Shown here piece after piece: positions 1 through 10,958 of a stretch of 64,000 nt of DNA (position 1 is the first letter of the stretch; each line of letters starts with the position of its first letter). The DNA is from an uncultured archaeon. Lineage in GTDB: Archaea; Nanohalarchaeota; Nanosalinia; Nanosalinales; Nanosalinaceae. A program made the translations under genes and the position numbers. The notes below the pieces were generated by a model. It saw only the letters and a program-made list of their open reading frames with translations. It was not told the origin of the DNA and did not search any database. The stretch is from the NCBI GenBank assembly GCA_964421955.1, contig CAYQYU010000003.1, positions 12,377-76,376 on the forward strand, written 5' to 3'.

Positions 1-37
1 TCATAGCAATGGAAACTCTACTGGAGGACGACGAATT

Positions 38-574
38 ATGACTGAGATATACGGCGTAACCGGTATGCCTCTATCAGGTAAAACCACCGTAGCAGAGAAG
101 ATGGAGGACCTGGGATTCACTGTCCTCGACATGGGAGACGTCGTGAGGATCGAGATGGAGAAAAGAGGGATTCCAGCCGGAAACGAGGGCAATTTTGTGA
201 ACATGATGAGAGACGAGCACGGCATGGACGCGATCGCACAGCTCTCCACGCCGTATCTAGAGGAGATCATAGACGAGAAAGAAAAGATCGTTATAACCGG
301 GATGAGGAGCTGGGACGAGAAACAGAAGTTTGAAGATGAGACAGGGGAGGAAATAGAAGTTATCGCGGTCTGGAGCTCCAAGGAGACCAGGAAAGAAAGA
401 CGTAAAGAAAGGCAGAGAGAGGAGGACGTCAAGGGACAGGACTTCCGAGAGCGGGATCTCCGGGAGATAGAAAACGGTGTCGCGAAGCTGCTCGCACTGT
501 CTGACCACATGATTGAAAACGATGGCGTATCCATCGAGGAACTACGGCAAGAGGTGGAAGAAGTTGTGGGGTAA
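38..574 (+). CDS. P-loop nucleotide kinase, dephospho-CoA kinase-like (UPF0200/COG0237)
   Basis: N-terminal GVTGMPLSGKTT Walker A; MGDVVR and RDLRE motifs typical of the archaeal family. Confidence 0.8.
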   Translation: MTEIYGVTGMPLSGKTTVAEKMEDLGFTVLDMGDVVRIEMEKRGIPAGNEGNFVNMMRDEHGMDAIAQLSTPYLEEIIDEKEKIVITGMRSWDEKQKFEDETGEEIEVIAVWSSKETRKERRKERQREEDVKGQDFRERDLREIENGVAKLLALSDHMIENDGVSIEELRQEVEEVVG

Positions 575-866
575 TAGATTCCGCGGTTACACCTTCGAGA
601 ACCCTGAAGCCGTTATAGAGGAACTACCCTACCAGACGGTCGAGAACGGTTCCCTGGATTTCGGGGTCAGGACGGGCAAAAACGGCCAGGAACTCTGGAA
701 CAAGATATACTCGGTGCTTGAAGAACGGCTGAACCTGGAACTAACCCCTTCCCCGAGAAACGCGGACTTGGTATATGATAAAGATGCAGAGGAAATTTAT
801 GCCCTGACACCGGATGCTATCGACGATCTCGAGGATATGGAATACACTGAGAAAGAGTTTATCTAG
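564..866 (+). CDS. Hypothetical acidic protein (start uncertain; TTG at 564 after GAGGTGG)
   Basis: Acidic ORF filling the gap between the kinase and gatE; no recognised motif. Confidence 0.55.
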   Translation: MWGNRFRGYTFENPEAVIEELPYQTVENGSLDFGVRTGKNGQELWNKIYSVLEERLNLELTPSPRNADLVYDKDAEEIYALTPDAIDDLEDMEYTEKEFI

Positions 867-879
867 AGGATCTACGACG

Positions 880-2736
880 ATGGAATACGAAGAACTCGGC
901 TTCAAGTGTGGTATAGAAATCCACCAGCAGCTCGCAACTGATGAAAAACTCTTCTGTAGCTGCCCTGTAGAAATGGAAGACGAAGTGCCCGATGCAAAAG
1001 TTGAGCGTTACCTGAAGGCGGTCGCCGGCGAGACCGGGGAGAAGGATCTTGCCGCCCGTATCGAGGACGTGAAATCCCGGAAGTTCGTCTACAATTATTA
1101 CAACAGGAACAACTGCCTGGTAGAACTCGACGAGGAGCCGCCGCACCCTCTTAACCCAGAGGCACTGAACACCGCATTAACGTTCGCAAGGATAGTTGAC
1201 GCAGACATACCAGACGAGATACAGGTGATGAGGAAACTCGTGGTCGATGGCTCCAACACCTCGGGTTTCCAGCGTACTGCGATGATCGGGCTCAACGGAG
1301 AAATCGAGACGGAGACCGGTGAGGTAGAGATAGAGGACATAGAGCTGGAAGAAGAATCCGCCGGCATACATGCACGGGAAAAAGATCAGGCGATCTACGA
1401 TCTCAACCGGCTAGGAATCCCTCTCGTGGAGGTCGGAACCGATGCATCGATAAAGAACCCGGAGCACGCCAAAGAAGTCGCGACCGAGATAGGGATGCTT
1501 TTACGGTCGACAAATAAGGCAAGAAGAGGTCTCGGAACCATAAGACAGGACGTCAACGTCTCCATAGCAGAAGGCTCGCGCGTCGAAATCAAGGGCTTCC
1601 AGGACGTCGAGAATATCGACAGATTGATCGAACTTGAGGTCGAGAGGCAGAAGAATCTTGTTGACCTCGGGGAGGAACTGGGCGACACGGATGTCGAGAC
1701 CAGTGAGGTTACCGGCATCTTTGAAGGCTCGGAAAACGATATTATCTCGACCGTTCTTGAGAACAATGGTGCGGTCTACGCCGTGAAACTGCCCGGGCTC
1801 GCTGGACGGATGAAGGAGAACATATCGGGCGACAGATATCTCGCACTTGAACTTGTCGACTACGCCAAGAGCCGCGGACTGAAGGGAATGATCCACACTG
1901 ACGAGGAAATAGAGAACTACGGGCTAGTGGACGAGTTTGAAGAACTGGGAGAAGATATGGTAAGGGAAGATGAAGACGTGCTCGCGATACTCGCAGGACC
2001 CCAGGAACAGGCCCAGGAAGCCGCGGAGGCTGTAAAGCAGCGGGCCGAGATGATCTACCTGGGCGAGGTACCTGAGGAGACCCGGAACGCGGAGCAGGAC
2101 TTCACAACCTCCTACTCCCGGCCGCTACCCGGTGCAGCAAGAATGTACCCCGAGACGGATATTCCCCCGATCACTGTTAGCAAGGAAGATATTGAGGAAA
2201 TCGATGAGAATCTTCCCGAGACCCTGGAGGAGCGAAGGGAAAAGTACGCCGACGAAATCGGAGATGAACTCGCGTCACAGATAGTTTCGAGCCCTCTACT
2301 GACGCTTTTCGAGGATTTCAAAGATCACGTGGAGCCAAGGCTTGCCGCGAACATATTCACCAACATATACGCAGGCCTGGAAGCAGAAAATGTCCCCGTG
2401 GAGAACCTGGAGAGGCCGCACTTTGAAGCCCTGTTTAGCTCGCTAGAGTCAGGCGATGCGGAGAAAGGAGATGTTGAAAAACTGCTCGAGTCGCTCGCCG
2501 AACGCAGCAAAGAGGATTCTGAAGAAGTTGTTGAGGATGTTCTCGCTGGGAAATCCTCGGAGGAAGAGATCAGGGAAGCAGTAAAGGAAGTACTGGAAGA
2601 AAAGTCAGAGATGGTTGAGGAACAGGGAATGCACGCCCAGGGCGCGTTGATGGGTGTGGTGATGCAGCACGTCGAGGCATCGGGCGACACAGTTTCCCGG
2701 ATTCTGCGAGATGAACTGGAGAACAGGCTAGGATAA
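880..2736 (+). CDS. gatE: Glu-tRNA(Gln) amidotransferase subunit E
   Basis: YEELGFKCGIEIHQQL, DGSNTSGFQRT, RRGLGTIRQDVNVSI, RPLPGAARMYPETD; start moved to ATG 880. Confidence 0.97.
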   Translation: MEYEELGFKCGIEIHQQLATDEKLFCSCPVEMEDEVPDAKVERYLKAVAGETGEKDLAARIEDVKSRKFVYNYYNRNNCLVELDEEPPHPLNPEALNTALTFARIVDADIPDEIQVMRKLVVDGSNTSGFQRTAMIGLNGEIETETGEVEIEDIELEEESAGIHAREKDQAIYDLNRLGIPLVEVGTDASIKNPEHAKEVATEIGMLLRSTNKARRGLGTIRQDVNVSIAEGSRVEIKGFQDVENIDRLIELEVERQKNLVDLGEELGDTDVETSEVTGIFEGSENDIISTVLENNGAVYAVKLPGLAGRMKENISGDRYLALELVDYAKSRGLKGMIHTDEEIENYGLVDEFEELGEDMVREDEDVLAILAGPQEQAQEAAEAVKQRAEMIYLGEVPEETRNAEQDFTTSYSRPLPGAARMYPETDIPPITVSKEDIEEIDENLPETLEERREKYADEIGDELASQIVSSPLLTLFEDFKDHVEPRLAANIFTNIYAGLEAENVPVENLERPHFEALFSSLESGDAEKGDVEKLLESLAERSKEDSEEVVEDVLAGKSSEEEIREAVKEVLEEKSEMVEEQGMHAQGALMGVVMQHVEASGDTVSRILRDELENRLG

Positions 2737-2763
2737 TAACTTTTTCTGGATGAAAGTTCGAGC

Positions 2764-3081
2764 ATGACACTAGGTGGACCTACTTACAGATCATTCGAAG
2801 AGATTTACAGAACCATTGAGGAGATAGGTAGTGGAGACGTTGAAACAGTGGGCCACCGCGTAGACGGGGCAGAGTTAATAGAAGAACCCGAAAAAGCAAA
2901 CGCAAGCGAGTATAAATGGATTAGAATGGAAACCGAACTGACGAGAGTCGAGTACTGGCCCGAATATGAGAAAATTCATGTAAATTACAGGGATGACGTA
3001 GGTTACAGAGCCGAGAACGAGAGCTCAGACCCCGCATCCGAAACTTTCAAGCACCTCATACCATCCAGAATATTCGACTGA
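2764..3081 (+). CDS. Hypothetical protein
   Basis: 105-aa acidic ORF, lower GC, no recognised motif. Confidence 0.6.
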   Translation: MTLGGPTYRSFEEIYRTIEEIGSGDVETVGHRVDGAELIEEPEKANASEYKWIRMETELTRVEYWPEYEKIHVNYRDDVGYRAENESSDPASETFKHLIPSRIFD

Positions 3082-3114
3082 AGGCGTAACAACTCTTTTT
3101 GTAACCGCATCGAT

Positions 3115-3131
3115 TGGTTTTTATAATTTAA
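3115..3131 (+). promoter_or_regulatory. Putative TATA box upstream of thermosome
   Basis: TTTTTATAATTTAA about 40-50 nt before the ATG; SD GAGGTGA at 3155-3161. Confidence 0.55.
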
Positions 3132-3168
3132 CTTCGATTCTTTCGGTGTTTCTAGAGGTGAACAAAAC

Positions 3169-4842
3169 ATGGCAGGACTAGGAGGACAACCTGTATTCAT
3201 AATGTCGGAAGACGCTACACGGCAAACCGGTGAAGACGCTCAGGAGAATAATATCGCTGCCTGTAAAACGGTCGCGAAGGCGGTAAGGACCACGCTCGGT
3301 CCCAAAGGTATGGACAAGATGATGGTTGACTCTGTCGGCGACATAGTCGTAACAAACGACGGGGTCACGATTCTCGAGGAAATGGATCTTGAACATCCAG
3401 CGGCCAAGATGATGGTCGAAGTCGCACAGACCCAGGAAGAGGAGGTCGGCGACGGAACCACGACCGCAGTAGTGCTCGCGGGAGAACTTCTGAAGCAGGC
3501 GGAGAACCTGCTCGACCAGGAGATCCACCCTACAATAATTACACAGGGCTTCAGAATGGCGCGACAGAGATCGACTGAAGTTCTTGAAGACATTGCGGAA
3601 GAAGTAGAGCTTGACGATGAAGATACGCTGGAAAAGGTGGCGATGACGGCGATGACCGGAAAAAGCGCGGAGGCAGCCCGCGATTACCTGGCCGAAATCG
3701 CGGTTGACGCGGTAACTGCAGTCGCAGAAAAGGGAGACTCGGGACTTGTCATCAACCGCGACATGATCAAGGTCGAGAAGAACCAGGGCGGTTCAGCAGA
3801 AGAAACCGAGCTCGTACAGGGCGTAATCCTAGACAAGGAAAAAGTACATAGCGGGATGCCCGACAAGATAGAAGACGCGAAGGTCGCAGTCATCAGTTCG
3901 CCGATCGAGGTGAAGGAGACAGAGACTGATGCTGAAATAAACATAAGCGACCCCGCACAGATGAAGAATTTCGTCGAGCAGGAGGAAGCCCAGCTCAAGG
4001 AGATGGTCGAGGCCATCAACGACGCGGGCGCTAACGTGGTCTTCTGCCAGAAAGGCATCGACGATATTGCACAGCACTACCTCGCCAAGAAGGGAATCTT
4101 CGCCGTGAGAAGAGTCTCTTCCAGCGACGTCGAGAAGCTGGCGAAGGCAACAGGAGCCTCGATCGTGACCTCGGTCGACGACATAGAGGCCAGCGATCTC
4201 GGAGAAGCAGGAACAGTCGGGCAGAAGAGAGTCGGTGGAAATGCGATGACCTTTGTCCAGGACTGTCCCGAGGCGAAGTCCGTCTCGATACTTATCAGAG
4301 GCGGAACCGAACACGTGGTGGACGAGATCGAGCGTGCTATGGAAGACGCTCTTGGAAGCGTTGCAAGCGCTCTCAAAAACGGTCGCATCGTCGGAGGTGG
4401 TGGCGCGACGGAAGTCGAGCTCGCCCGCGAACTCCGGGATCACGCGGACTCTGTCGGTGGAAGAGAACAGCTCGCGATAAATGCTTTTGCGGACGCTCTC
4501 GAGGTCCTTCCAAGAACGCTTGCGGAGAACGCCGGCTTCGATCCGATAGACACGCTGGTCGAACTGAGGAACAAACACGAGTCCGGCGCGAAATGGGCCG
4601 GAATCGACGTAACCTCTGGCAAGTCAGAGGCGCTGTTCGAGAAAGGTGTCGTAGAGCCGAAGCAGACCAAGACCCAGGCCGTCCAGTCCGCGAGCGAGGC
4701 CGCGGAAATGATCCTCCGGATCGACGACGTGATAAGCGCGTCAGGAATGGGTGGAGGAGACGACGCAGGAGGCGGACCTCCCGCGGGCGGAATGCCTGGT
4801 GGAGGAGGCATGCCCGGCGGTATGCCAGGCGGGATGATGTAA
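3169..4842 (+). CDS. ths: Thermosome (group II chaperonin) subunit
   Basis: [33 protein letters not shown]-rich C-terminal tail. Confidence 0.98.
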   Translation: MAGLGGQPVFIMSEDATRQTGEDAQENNIAACKTVAKAVRTTLGPKGMDKMMVDSVGDIVVTNDGVTILEEMDLEHPAAKMMVEVAQTQEEEVGDGTTTAVVLAGELLKQAENLLDQEIHPTIITQGFRMARQRSTEVLEDIAEEVELDDEDTLEKVAMTAMTGKSAEAARDYLAEIAVDAVTAVAEKGDSGLVINRDMIKVEKNQGGSAEETELVQGVILDKEKVHSGMPDKIEDAKVAVISSPIEVKETETDAEINISDPAQMKNFVEQEEAQLKEMVEAINDAGANVVFCQKGIDDIAQHYLAKKGIFAVRRVSSSDVEKLAKATGASIVTSVDDIEASDLGEAGTVGQKRVGGNAMTFVQDCPEAKSVSILIRGGTEHVVDEIERAMEDALGSVASALKNGRIVGGGGATEVELARELRDHADSVGGREQLAINAFADALEVLPRTLAENAGFDPIDTLVELRNKHESGAKWAGIDVTSGKSEALFEKGVVEPKQTKTQAVQSASEAAEMILRIDDVISASGMGGGDDAGGGPPAGGMPGGGGMPGGMPGGMM

Positions 4843-4849
4843 ACGCCTG

Positions 4850-4960
4850 CTGAACACAGGAACTCTAAGTTCCTGTTCGAGCAGACATCAGAGAGGAAGT
4901 CTGCGGCGCGCGTCAAGCCGTTCATGGAACGGCTTTCAACATTTCTACCTTTTTCTATTT
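4850..4960 (+). terminator. Three-hairpin cluster plus T-tract after thermosome
   Basis: ACAGGAACT/AGTTCCTGT, GCAGAC/GTCTGC, AAGCCGTTC/GAACGGCTT, then CTTTTTCTATTT. Confidence 0.55.
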
Positions 4961-5001
4961 CTTAGACAGTTCCAAAAGAGTTCGGCTCTAACACACTTTG
5001 T

Positions 5002-5325
5002 ATGGCTAATGATATCTCAAGCCTTTGGGAACTCTTTCACGATAGAATGTGGCTCATAATTATCTCTTCTTTTTGGTCAGGTTACTCCACCCTTTTCGTT
5101 TTAAGAAACGACTTCCTAACTAGCGAATTAGGATATATAGACAAGATATCGGTTAGTATAGGCCCCGGACTAATTATCACCTTAATGACTTTCGCCGGAA
5201 TTATGTTCCTACAGAAAGTCTGGTCTGGAGAACTCAACAAAGACAGAGCAGCAGAAAAAACATTCGAAATAATCGTGAGCTACGGCTCCGTCATTATTAC
5301 CTTCAAGCTACTTGGAGTTCTCTAA
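5002..5325 (+). CDS. Small membrane protein (about 3 TM), AT-rich
   Basis: Hydrophobic segments; composition differs from neighbours. Confidence 0.6.
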   Translation: MANDISSLWELFHDRMWLIIISSFWSGYSTLFVLRNDFLTSELGYIDKISVSIGPGLIITLMTFAGIMFLQKVWSGELNKDRAAEKTFEIIVSYGSVIITFKLLGVL

Positions 5326-5447
5326 TAAAAAGCCGGCTGGAGCCTTTTGGCGGAACGCCGAGCCTGATGATCGAACTTTCAGAAGTTCGAACCACTCCTT
5401 ATAAATACCGGGATTGGGAATTTCTTGGTGTATACGAGGTATATGCT

Positions 5448-6128
5448 ATGGCTGACGATGAAGTGGATCTAGGCGACGAAACAGACGATTACGAGGTTGT
5501 CCCTATCGGGCCTATTCGAAGGCTGGAAAAGAGAATGGATAATATCGAGACAAAGGCCACGAACAGCGGCACCGATCACGAGGTAATCAGGGACGTTATC
5601 GACATCATGAAGTCGAACCAGAAGATTGTCAACGATATGACCGAGTCGACCCACGAGCTCAAGAACGAGGTCGAGGACCTTACATACAAGATGGACGAGG
5701 TCGTCGACAACATGAACGAGTTCATGGATCTGCTGAAGGAAGCATCAGAGATGGATATGGAGGGAGAGATGGTCGGTGATATCCAGTCCCGTGTCGCGAA
5801 CGCGATCGGCGACAGAATGGACGAGGTCGTCAAGGATCTGCAGGAATCAAACCAGCAGGTCGTGGACTCGCTGGAAGGCATAAACGAGAGTATCAGGCGT
5901 TCATACGCGGCACAGCAGAACCAGAGCCGCAGATCCGGAGGTCAGGGAGGAAGTAGGAACTCCGGGAGAGGGATGACCGACAGATCCCGCCAGTCCGGAC
6001 AGGAATCTCAGGGCCGTTCCCGGCAGCAAGGACAGGAACAGCAACAGGCACAGCAGGGAGGAGGTAGTGACGAGAGGATGAGAAAACTCCGGAAACGGTT
6101 TAATAACGAAACAAATGAAGAGTCGTGA
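5448..6128 (+). CDS. Coiled-coil protein with Q/G/S/R low-complexity tail, first gene of the pilus locus
   Basis: Heptad-rich acidic helix; start ATG 5448 after GAGGT; stop overlaps the pilin GTG. Confidence 0.75.
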   Translation: MADDEVDLGDETDDYEVVPIGPIRRLEKRMDNIETKATNSGTDHEVIRDVIDIMKSNQKIVNDMTESTHELKNEVEDLTYKMDEVVDNMNEFMDLLKEASEMDMEGEMVGDIQSRVANAIGDRMDEVVKDLQESNQQVVDSLEGINESIRRSYAAQQNQSRRSGGQGGSRNSGRGMTDRSRQSGQESQGRSRQQGQEQQQAQQGGGSDERMRKLRKRFNNETNEES

Positions 6129-6655
6129 TCCAGCCCAATATTTCTAGAAAAGGGATTACTCCCGTAGTTGCAACTGTACTGCTTATCACTATCAGCGTTG
6201 CAGCCACTGCTTCTGCCTACACATTCATAACCAAGACACAGAAACAGGTCGGGGAATCATTCGAGCAGGACCTTAACCAGGAAGAGAGAAGGATGCAGTC
6301 GGATATCAATATCGAGTATGCTTACAACAGTACAGGAAGATTCGTGTTCATGAACGTAAGGAATACCGGTTCTGTAACGCTTCCCGTGAACAAGAGCGGA
6401 AGAAAGTATCTCACCCTTTACGCGGATGGTAGACCTGTAAGTTCCAGCGCCGGCGACAACGGCCAGGGATGGAAATACGCGGACCCCTCGCATGACATCT
6501 CAAATGAAGATCATCTCGATCCTGAAGAACTTCTCACCATCAATACAACCGTTAGATTCCCCTCATCCGGCAACAGCAAATCATTCAAACTTGTAGGCTC
6601 TTACGACACCTCAGACTCCCACGTTTGCTATAACTCGGGAACAGCGTCTTGCTAA
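6125..6655 (+). CDS. Archaeal type IV pilin/archaellin-like protein
   Basis: Class III signal RKG/ITPVVATVLLI; VRNTGS motif; C-terminal Cys pair. Confidence 0.9.
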   Translation: MIQPNISRKGITPVVATVLLITISVAATASAYTFITKTQKQVGESFEQDLNQEERRMQSDINIEYAYNSTGRFVFMNVRNTGSVTLPVNKSGRKYLTLYADGRPVSSSAGDNGQGWKYADPSHDISNEDHLDPEELLTINTTVRFPSSGNSKSFKLVGSYDTSDSHVCYNSGTASC

Positions 6656-6707
6656 GTTAAGTTATTTAAGTAAGGTGAAGAAAAACAACTCCAGAGGATT
6701 GGAATAC

Positions 6708-7235
6708 ATGAGAAAAGGTATCACACCTGTGATAGCAATTGTCCTGCTACTACTGATCACAGTAGGAGCTGTAGGAGTTGTCTGGACACAGTTCCAGAGC
6801 CTTACAGGCAACCCCGAGGATGATTTCAGTCAACAGCAACAGGTCAGGAACACTGAACTATCTTTTAGTTCAGTCTACAACAACGACACCTCGCAGACTG
6901 CTCCAGTAGGTGACTCGATCAACATCACGATCAGGAACACCGGTAGCGTGGCGATCAACGTAACCGAGGACCTGGAAATCTCGTTCGTTCCACAGGATTC
7001 GGACAGCGGACTGGCATTCAACGTCTATCCAGACACAGTTCAGGCCAGCTCAGACTGCTTCAACCCTCATGGCGGAGACGAGCAGATCGAGCCCAGTGAG
7101 TCCTACACCTGCAAGACAGGAATAGCATGGCCACAGCCTACCGAAAACGTAGGAATCGTTGTATCGATGCAGGGTGAAGATAAGTCTTGGTCCTACTCCT
7201 GTTCGCCTACGACCAGTAGCAGTGTAACCTGCTAA
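6708..7235 (+). CDS. Archaeal type IV pilin (probable major pilin)
   Basis: MRKG/ITPVIAIVLLLLITV; IRNTGS; own TTATTTAA box and SD upstream. Confidence 0.9.
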   Translation: MRKGITPVIAIVLLLLITVGAVGVVWTQFQSLTGNPEDDFSQQQQVRNTELSFSSVYNNDTSQTAPVGDSINITIRNTGSVAINVTEDLEISFVPQDSDSGLAFNVYPDTVQASSDCFNPHGGDEQIEPSESYTCKTGIAWPQPTENVGIVVSMQGEDKSWSYSCSPTTSSSVTC

Positions 7236-7292
7236 AACTTCCCACATTTCTTTCCACTTATTTTATATTCTACTAGATAGCTTTGTCTCTAT

Positions 7293-7940
7293 ATGGAAGG
7301 ACAGACGCAGGCACTCACAGCGGTCCTTATAACTTCAGTCACGGTGGGTGCGGTTGCGACTGCCTACATATGGGGAACACCGCTGCTTGAAAAGAGACAG
7401 AGCAAGGCAGAACTACAGCAAGTTGAGGATGATGTTCTTAATCTCAGGGAAGAGATAGCATCAGTCAGCAGGAGTGGACCCCAGTCAACATCCCAGGTGG
7501 ATCTAGAGGTACCCCGGGGAAGAGTAGAGGTTAATGGGCAGAACAACTACATTGAGGTACATACGCAGGCTCAGCGACCACCCTATCCCTCCGGGACATG
7601 GACACTTATCCAGGGTAAGAACCCCAGGAACCTTAGCATAGGCTCCGGAAGCTACGGCATAGAGGGAGAGGACCTTCCCGGCGTTGTCGCAGTCAGGGCC
7701 GCTTCAGGCTCAAGTTCCACAGTTGTCACGTACAGGATAGAATTCAGGAACCTCTACACCGATACCCCCACAGGAGCTGAACTCAGGAAAGTTAAGCTGA
7801 GGTCTGCAGGAAGACAGACTGCAACCGAGGAAGCCAACCTTCTCATATCAAACATGGGCACGGAAGAAGACAGTATACAGGTCGAAACAGGAGAGACACT
7901 TCCACGGACGAAAACGATCGTAGAGATAGATCTGCAGTGA
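7293..7940 (+). CDS. Minor pilin-like protein
   Basis: EG/Q class III-like signal followed by a hydrophobic helix. Confidence 0.75.
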   Translation: MEGQTQALTAVLITSVTVGAVATAYIWGTPLLEKRQSKAELQQVEDDVLNLREEIASVSRSGPQSTSQVDLEVPRGRVEVNGQNNYIEVHTQAQRPPYPSGTWTLIQGKNPRNLSIGSGSYGIEGEDLPGVVAVRAASGSSSTVVTYRIEFRNLYTDTPTGAELRKVKLRSAGRQTATEEANLLISNMGTEEDSIQVETGETLPRTKTIVEIDLQ

Positions 7941-7947
7941 TTCACAG

Positions 7948-8346
7948 ATGAAAGGTCAGTACCTGGCGGTCGAGAGCGTTATGACGTTTGGAATGGGCCT
8001 GGTAGTTGCAATAGGCACAATATCCGCTTTCTCAGGTTACAAGGGCGAGATGATGGAAACCGCCAGACAGCAGCAGGTAAACGCCATAGAGTCCGAGGTA
8101 TCAGCCGCTGTCCACGCACTTAGACCGGCGGAATCAGGCAACAAACAGGTCGATTTACCCGAAACCCTGGGTGGAAGCGACTACGAGATAGCGCTGAACG
8201 GGGGAGTAAAGATATTCGTGAACAACCAGGAATACTTTACAGAACTCTCTGATCTCGAATCCACCTACGACTTCCAGGGCTCAGCAAGCGGGGGATCAGT
8301 AAAAGTATACAAAAGGGGAAACCAATATACTTTAAGGGCAAACTAA
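7948..8346 (+). CDS. Minor pilin-like protein
   Basis: MKG/QYLAVE then a hydrophobic helix. Confidence 0.75.
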   Translation: MKGQYLAVESVMTFGMGLVVAIGTISAFSGYKGEMMETARQQQVNAIESEVSAAVHALRPAESGNKQVDLPETLGGSDYEIALNGGVKIFVNNQEYFTELSDLESTYDFQGSASGGSVKVYKRGNQYTLRAN

Positions 8347-10055
8347 TGAGTCTGAACTTCAACAACCTCATAGAAAACCTCAAGAAGGCGAAGCACCCGG
8401 AATGGTATGAAGAGGAAGAACAGGAAGAAGAGCACGACATGACAGGTGTCGAGCTGCCTGCACCGGGCAGTTTCAACCCGGAGATGGTCGAGGAAAGCGA
8501 AGAAGGAGAGAAACTTACCAATGTTGATGTGTCGTACCCTCTTGTCCCGAAAGATCCAGAACCCGGAGAAATAGTTTACGCATGGGGCCACATAACCTGG
8601 AGCGAGGAGAAGGGAGAGCTGATCTACAGGATAATTGAACCCGAGCTGACAGGAAACACACAGGAAATACTCGAAAAGATAAAGCAAATACTGGAGCGGA
8701 GTCTTGACATCCAGTTCAACGAGCTGGAGGCAGGAGAGGCCGACGAATACCTGTCAGAGAAAATCGACATGATCGTTGACAAGTACAACATCTCCCTCAG
8801 CGACCGCCAGAGAGAAATAATCCGTTACTACGCATACAGGGACTTCGCGGGACTCGGAAAGCTCCAGCCACTGATGAACGACAAGGAAGTCGAGGACATC
8901 TCCTGCGACGGCCTCGATATCCCTGTATACGCATACCACAGGAACCCCAAGTTCGGGTCTGTCAAGACAACCATTATGTGGGAAGACGAGGAAGAACTTG
9001 ACAGTTTCGTCATGAAGCTGGCGCAGCGCTGCGGCCGATCTATATCGGTTTCAAGCCCGCTGCTTGACGGTGCGTTGCCCGATGGATCACGTGTACAGGC
9101 AACGCTGGCGACAGATATCGCGAGAAAGGGGAGCAACTTCACTATCAGGCGTTTCACGGAAGATCCGCTGACTCCTATCCACATGATGGAGTTCGAGACG
9201 GAAAATGCCCAGATGCTCTCATACCTCTGGACTCTTGTCGAACACGGCAAATCAATACTTGTAGCAGGAACAACTGGTGCAGGAAAGACGTCGCAGCTGA
9301 ACGCGTTATCGCTTTTCATACGACCGGAAAAAAAGATCGTATCAATCGAGGACACGCCCGAGCTACGTTTACCTCACGACCACTGGGTGCCGGAAGTCGC
9401 GCGCTCGGGTTTCGGATCATCCGCGGAAGAAGGCGGGCAAGTATCCATGGACGATTTACTAAAAGAATCCCTGCGCCAGCGTCCGGAATACATTATTGTC
9501 GGTGAGGTCCGTGGTGAAGAGGCCTACATCCTGTTCCAGCAGATGGCAACGGGGCACACCGGCCTGTCAACGATCCACGCCGACTCGCTCGACATGCTTA
9601 TGGACCGGCTGACGACAAACCCTATCAATCTCTCTCCTGCGTTGATCGAGACTCTCGACGCAATAATGCTTATCGCAAGGATCAGGAGGAACGACAGCTA
9701 TATCAGACGTATAAAGGGTATTTACGAGATCGAGGGATATGACAAGAGAACCGGTATCGACGCGAACAAGGTCTTCGGCTGGGACCCTGAAACCGATGAA
9801 TACGTGGTCGAAAACAATTCCATGCTGCTCAAACAGATCGTCGACCAGACCGGCATGGATGAGGAAGAGATCCAGCGTGAACTGGTGAACAAACAGCACG
9901 TCCTGACCTGGATGGAGGAACAGCAGCACAAGCACTACCGGAAGGTCGGGGACATAATATCTCGATACTACTCTAACTCCGAGGCAGTCCTCGAAAAGGC
10001 AACCCGCCAGGTAAACTCTGATCAAGAACAAGTAGAGTTAGAGGAGAATGCTTGA
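8346..10055 (+). CDS. Type IV pilus assembly ATPase (PilB/FlaI/VirB11 family)
   Basis: GTTGAGKT, SIEDTPEL, LRQRPEYIIVGEVRG, TGH..STIHA. Confidence 0.95.
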   Translation: MSLNFNNLIENLKKAKHPEWYEEEEQEEEHDMTGVELPAPGSFNPEMVEESEEGEKLTNVDVSYPLVPKDPEPGEIVYAWGHITWSEEKGELIYRIIEPELTGNTQEILEKIKQILERSLDIQFNELEAGEADEYLSEKIDMIVDKYNISLSDRQREIIRYYAYRDFAGLGKLQPLMNDKEVEDISCDGLDIPVYAYHRNPKFGSVKTTIMWEDEEELDSFVMKLAQRCGRSISVSSPLLDGALPDGSRVQATLATDIARKGSNFTIRRFTEDPLTPIHMMEFETENAQMLSYLWTLVEHGKSILVAGTTGAGKTSQLNALSLFIRPEKKIVSIEDTPELRLPHDHWVPEVARSGFGSSAEEGGQVSMDDLLKESLRQRPEYIIVGEVRGEEAYILFQQMATGHTGLSTIHADSLDMLMDRLTTNPINLSPALIETLDAIMLIARIRRNDSYIRRIKGIYEIEGYDKRTGIDANKVFGWDPETDEYVVENNSMLLKQIVDQTGMDEEEIQRELVNKQHVLTWMEEQQHKHYRKVGDIISRYYSNSEAVLEKATRQVNSDQEQVELEENA

Positions 10056-10920
10056 GACCTATGCAGAGTTCTGCTACAACCAGATCGGAAACTACGTCCT
10101 CGACTATCTGGAGTATTTCGAGGATCTTAGACCACAGCTCTCAAAGGCAAACATAAACGTCTCGCTGCCAGAATACGTCGCCGCAATAGCCTTCTCATCA
10201 CTTGTAGCATCAGTATGCAGCGTTTTCGTGCTCAGCAGCATCTTCATGGCCAGCATGGGGATCTCGGGGTTCATATTCGGAATAACCGCCTCACTGATCG
10301 TGGGTGCAGCTACCATGCTGGGATTCTACCTCTATCCATCGATACTCATAAGGAACAGGGCCTCGAAGATCCGGGACTCCCTGCCTTTCGCGACGATGTA
10401 CATGTCAACCCTCGCGGGAACCGGGACCTCGATGCAGAAGATATTTGCAGTGCTGGCGGAGCAGGAAGAGTACGGTGAAGTCGCCCAGGAGGCCGAAAAG
10501 ATAAACAGGGACATAGAGACCTTCGGCATGGACATCAGCGAGGCCCTGAAAAACGCCGCTGACAGAACGCCGAGCAACGACTTCAAGGACCTTATGTGGG
10601 GAATGAACCATGTCATAACCTCCGGCGGATCACTGAGAGTCTTCCTCCAGGAAAGAGCACAGTCCCTGATGAACGAGTACCAGCGGCGCGTCGAAGAGTT
10701 TGCGAGCCAGCTCGGACTCCTGGTGGAAATGTACATTACAATTGTAATTGTCGGATCGATAATATTTACCTCGATGAGCGCCGTCATGAGCACTTTCACA
10801 TCGATGCCCAGCAACGTCATCGTCACTATCCAGATACTTACAATATTCATAGGCCTACCGCTTATATCCGGGATGTTCATAGTACTTGTCAAGGGCATGG
10901 CGCCAGGAGGAGTGAGGTGA
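10048..10920 (+). CDS. Type II/IV secretion F-family membrane platform protein (TadC-like)
   Basis: LPFATMYM..LAG, EYGEVAQE, DISEAL...A.RTPS. Confidence 0.9.
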   Translation: MLETYAEFCYNQIGNYVLDYLEYFEDLRPQLSKANINVSLPEYVAAIAFSSLVASVCSVFVLSSIFMASMGISGFIFGITASLIVGAATMLGFYLYPSILIRNRASKIRDSLPFATMYMSTLAGTGTSMQKIFAVLAEQEEYGEVAQEAEKINRDIETFGMDISEALKNAADRTPSNDFKDLMWGMNHVITSGGSLRVFLQERAQSLMNEYQRRVEEFASQLGLLVEMYITIVIVGSIIFTSMSAVMSTFTSMPSNVIVTIQILTIFIGLPLISGMFIVLVKGMAPGGVR

Positions 10921-10958
10921 TGTCTTATGGTAGGAGAAATCCATAGAGGTGATAACAG

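Noticed and set aside
4740-4842. GGM-coding low-complexity repeat
   Set aside because: Normal chaperonin C-terminal tail.
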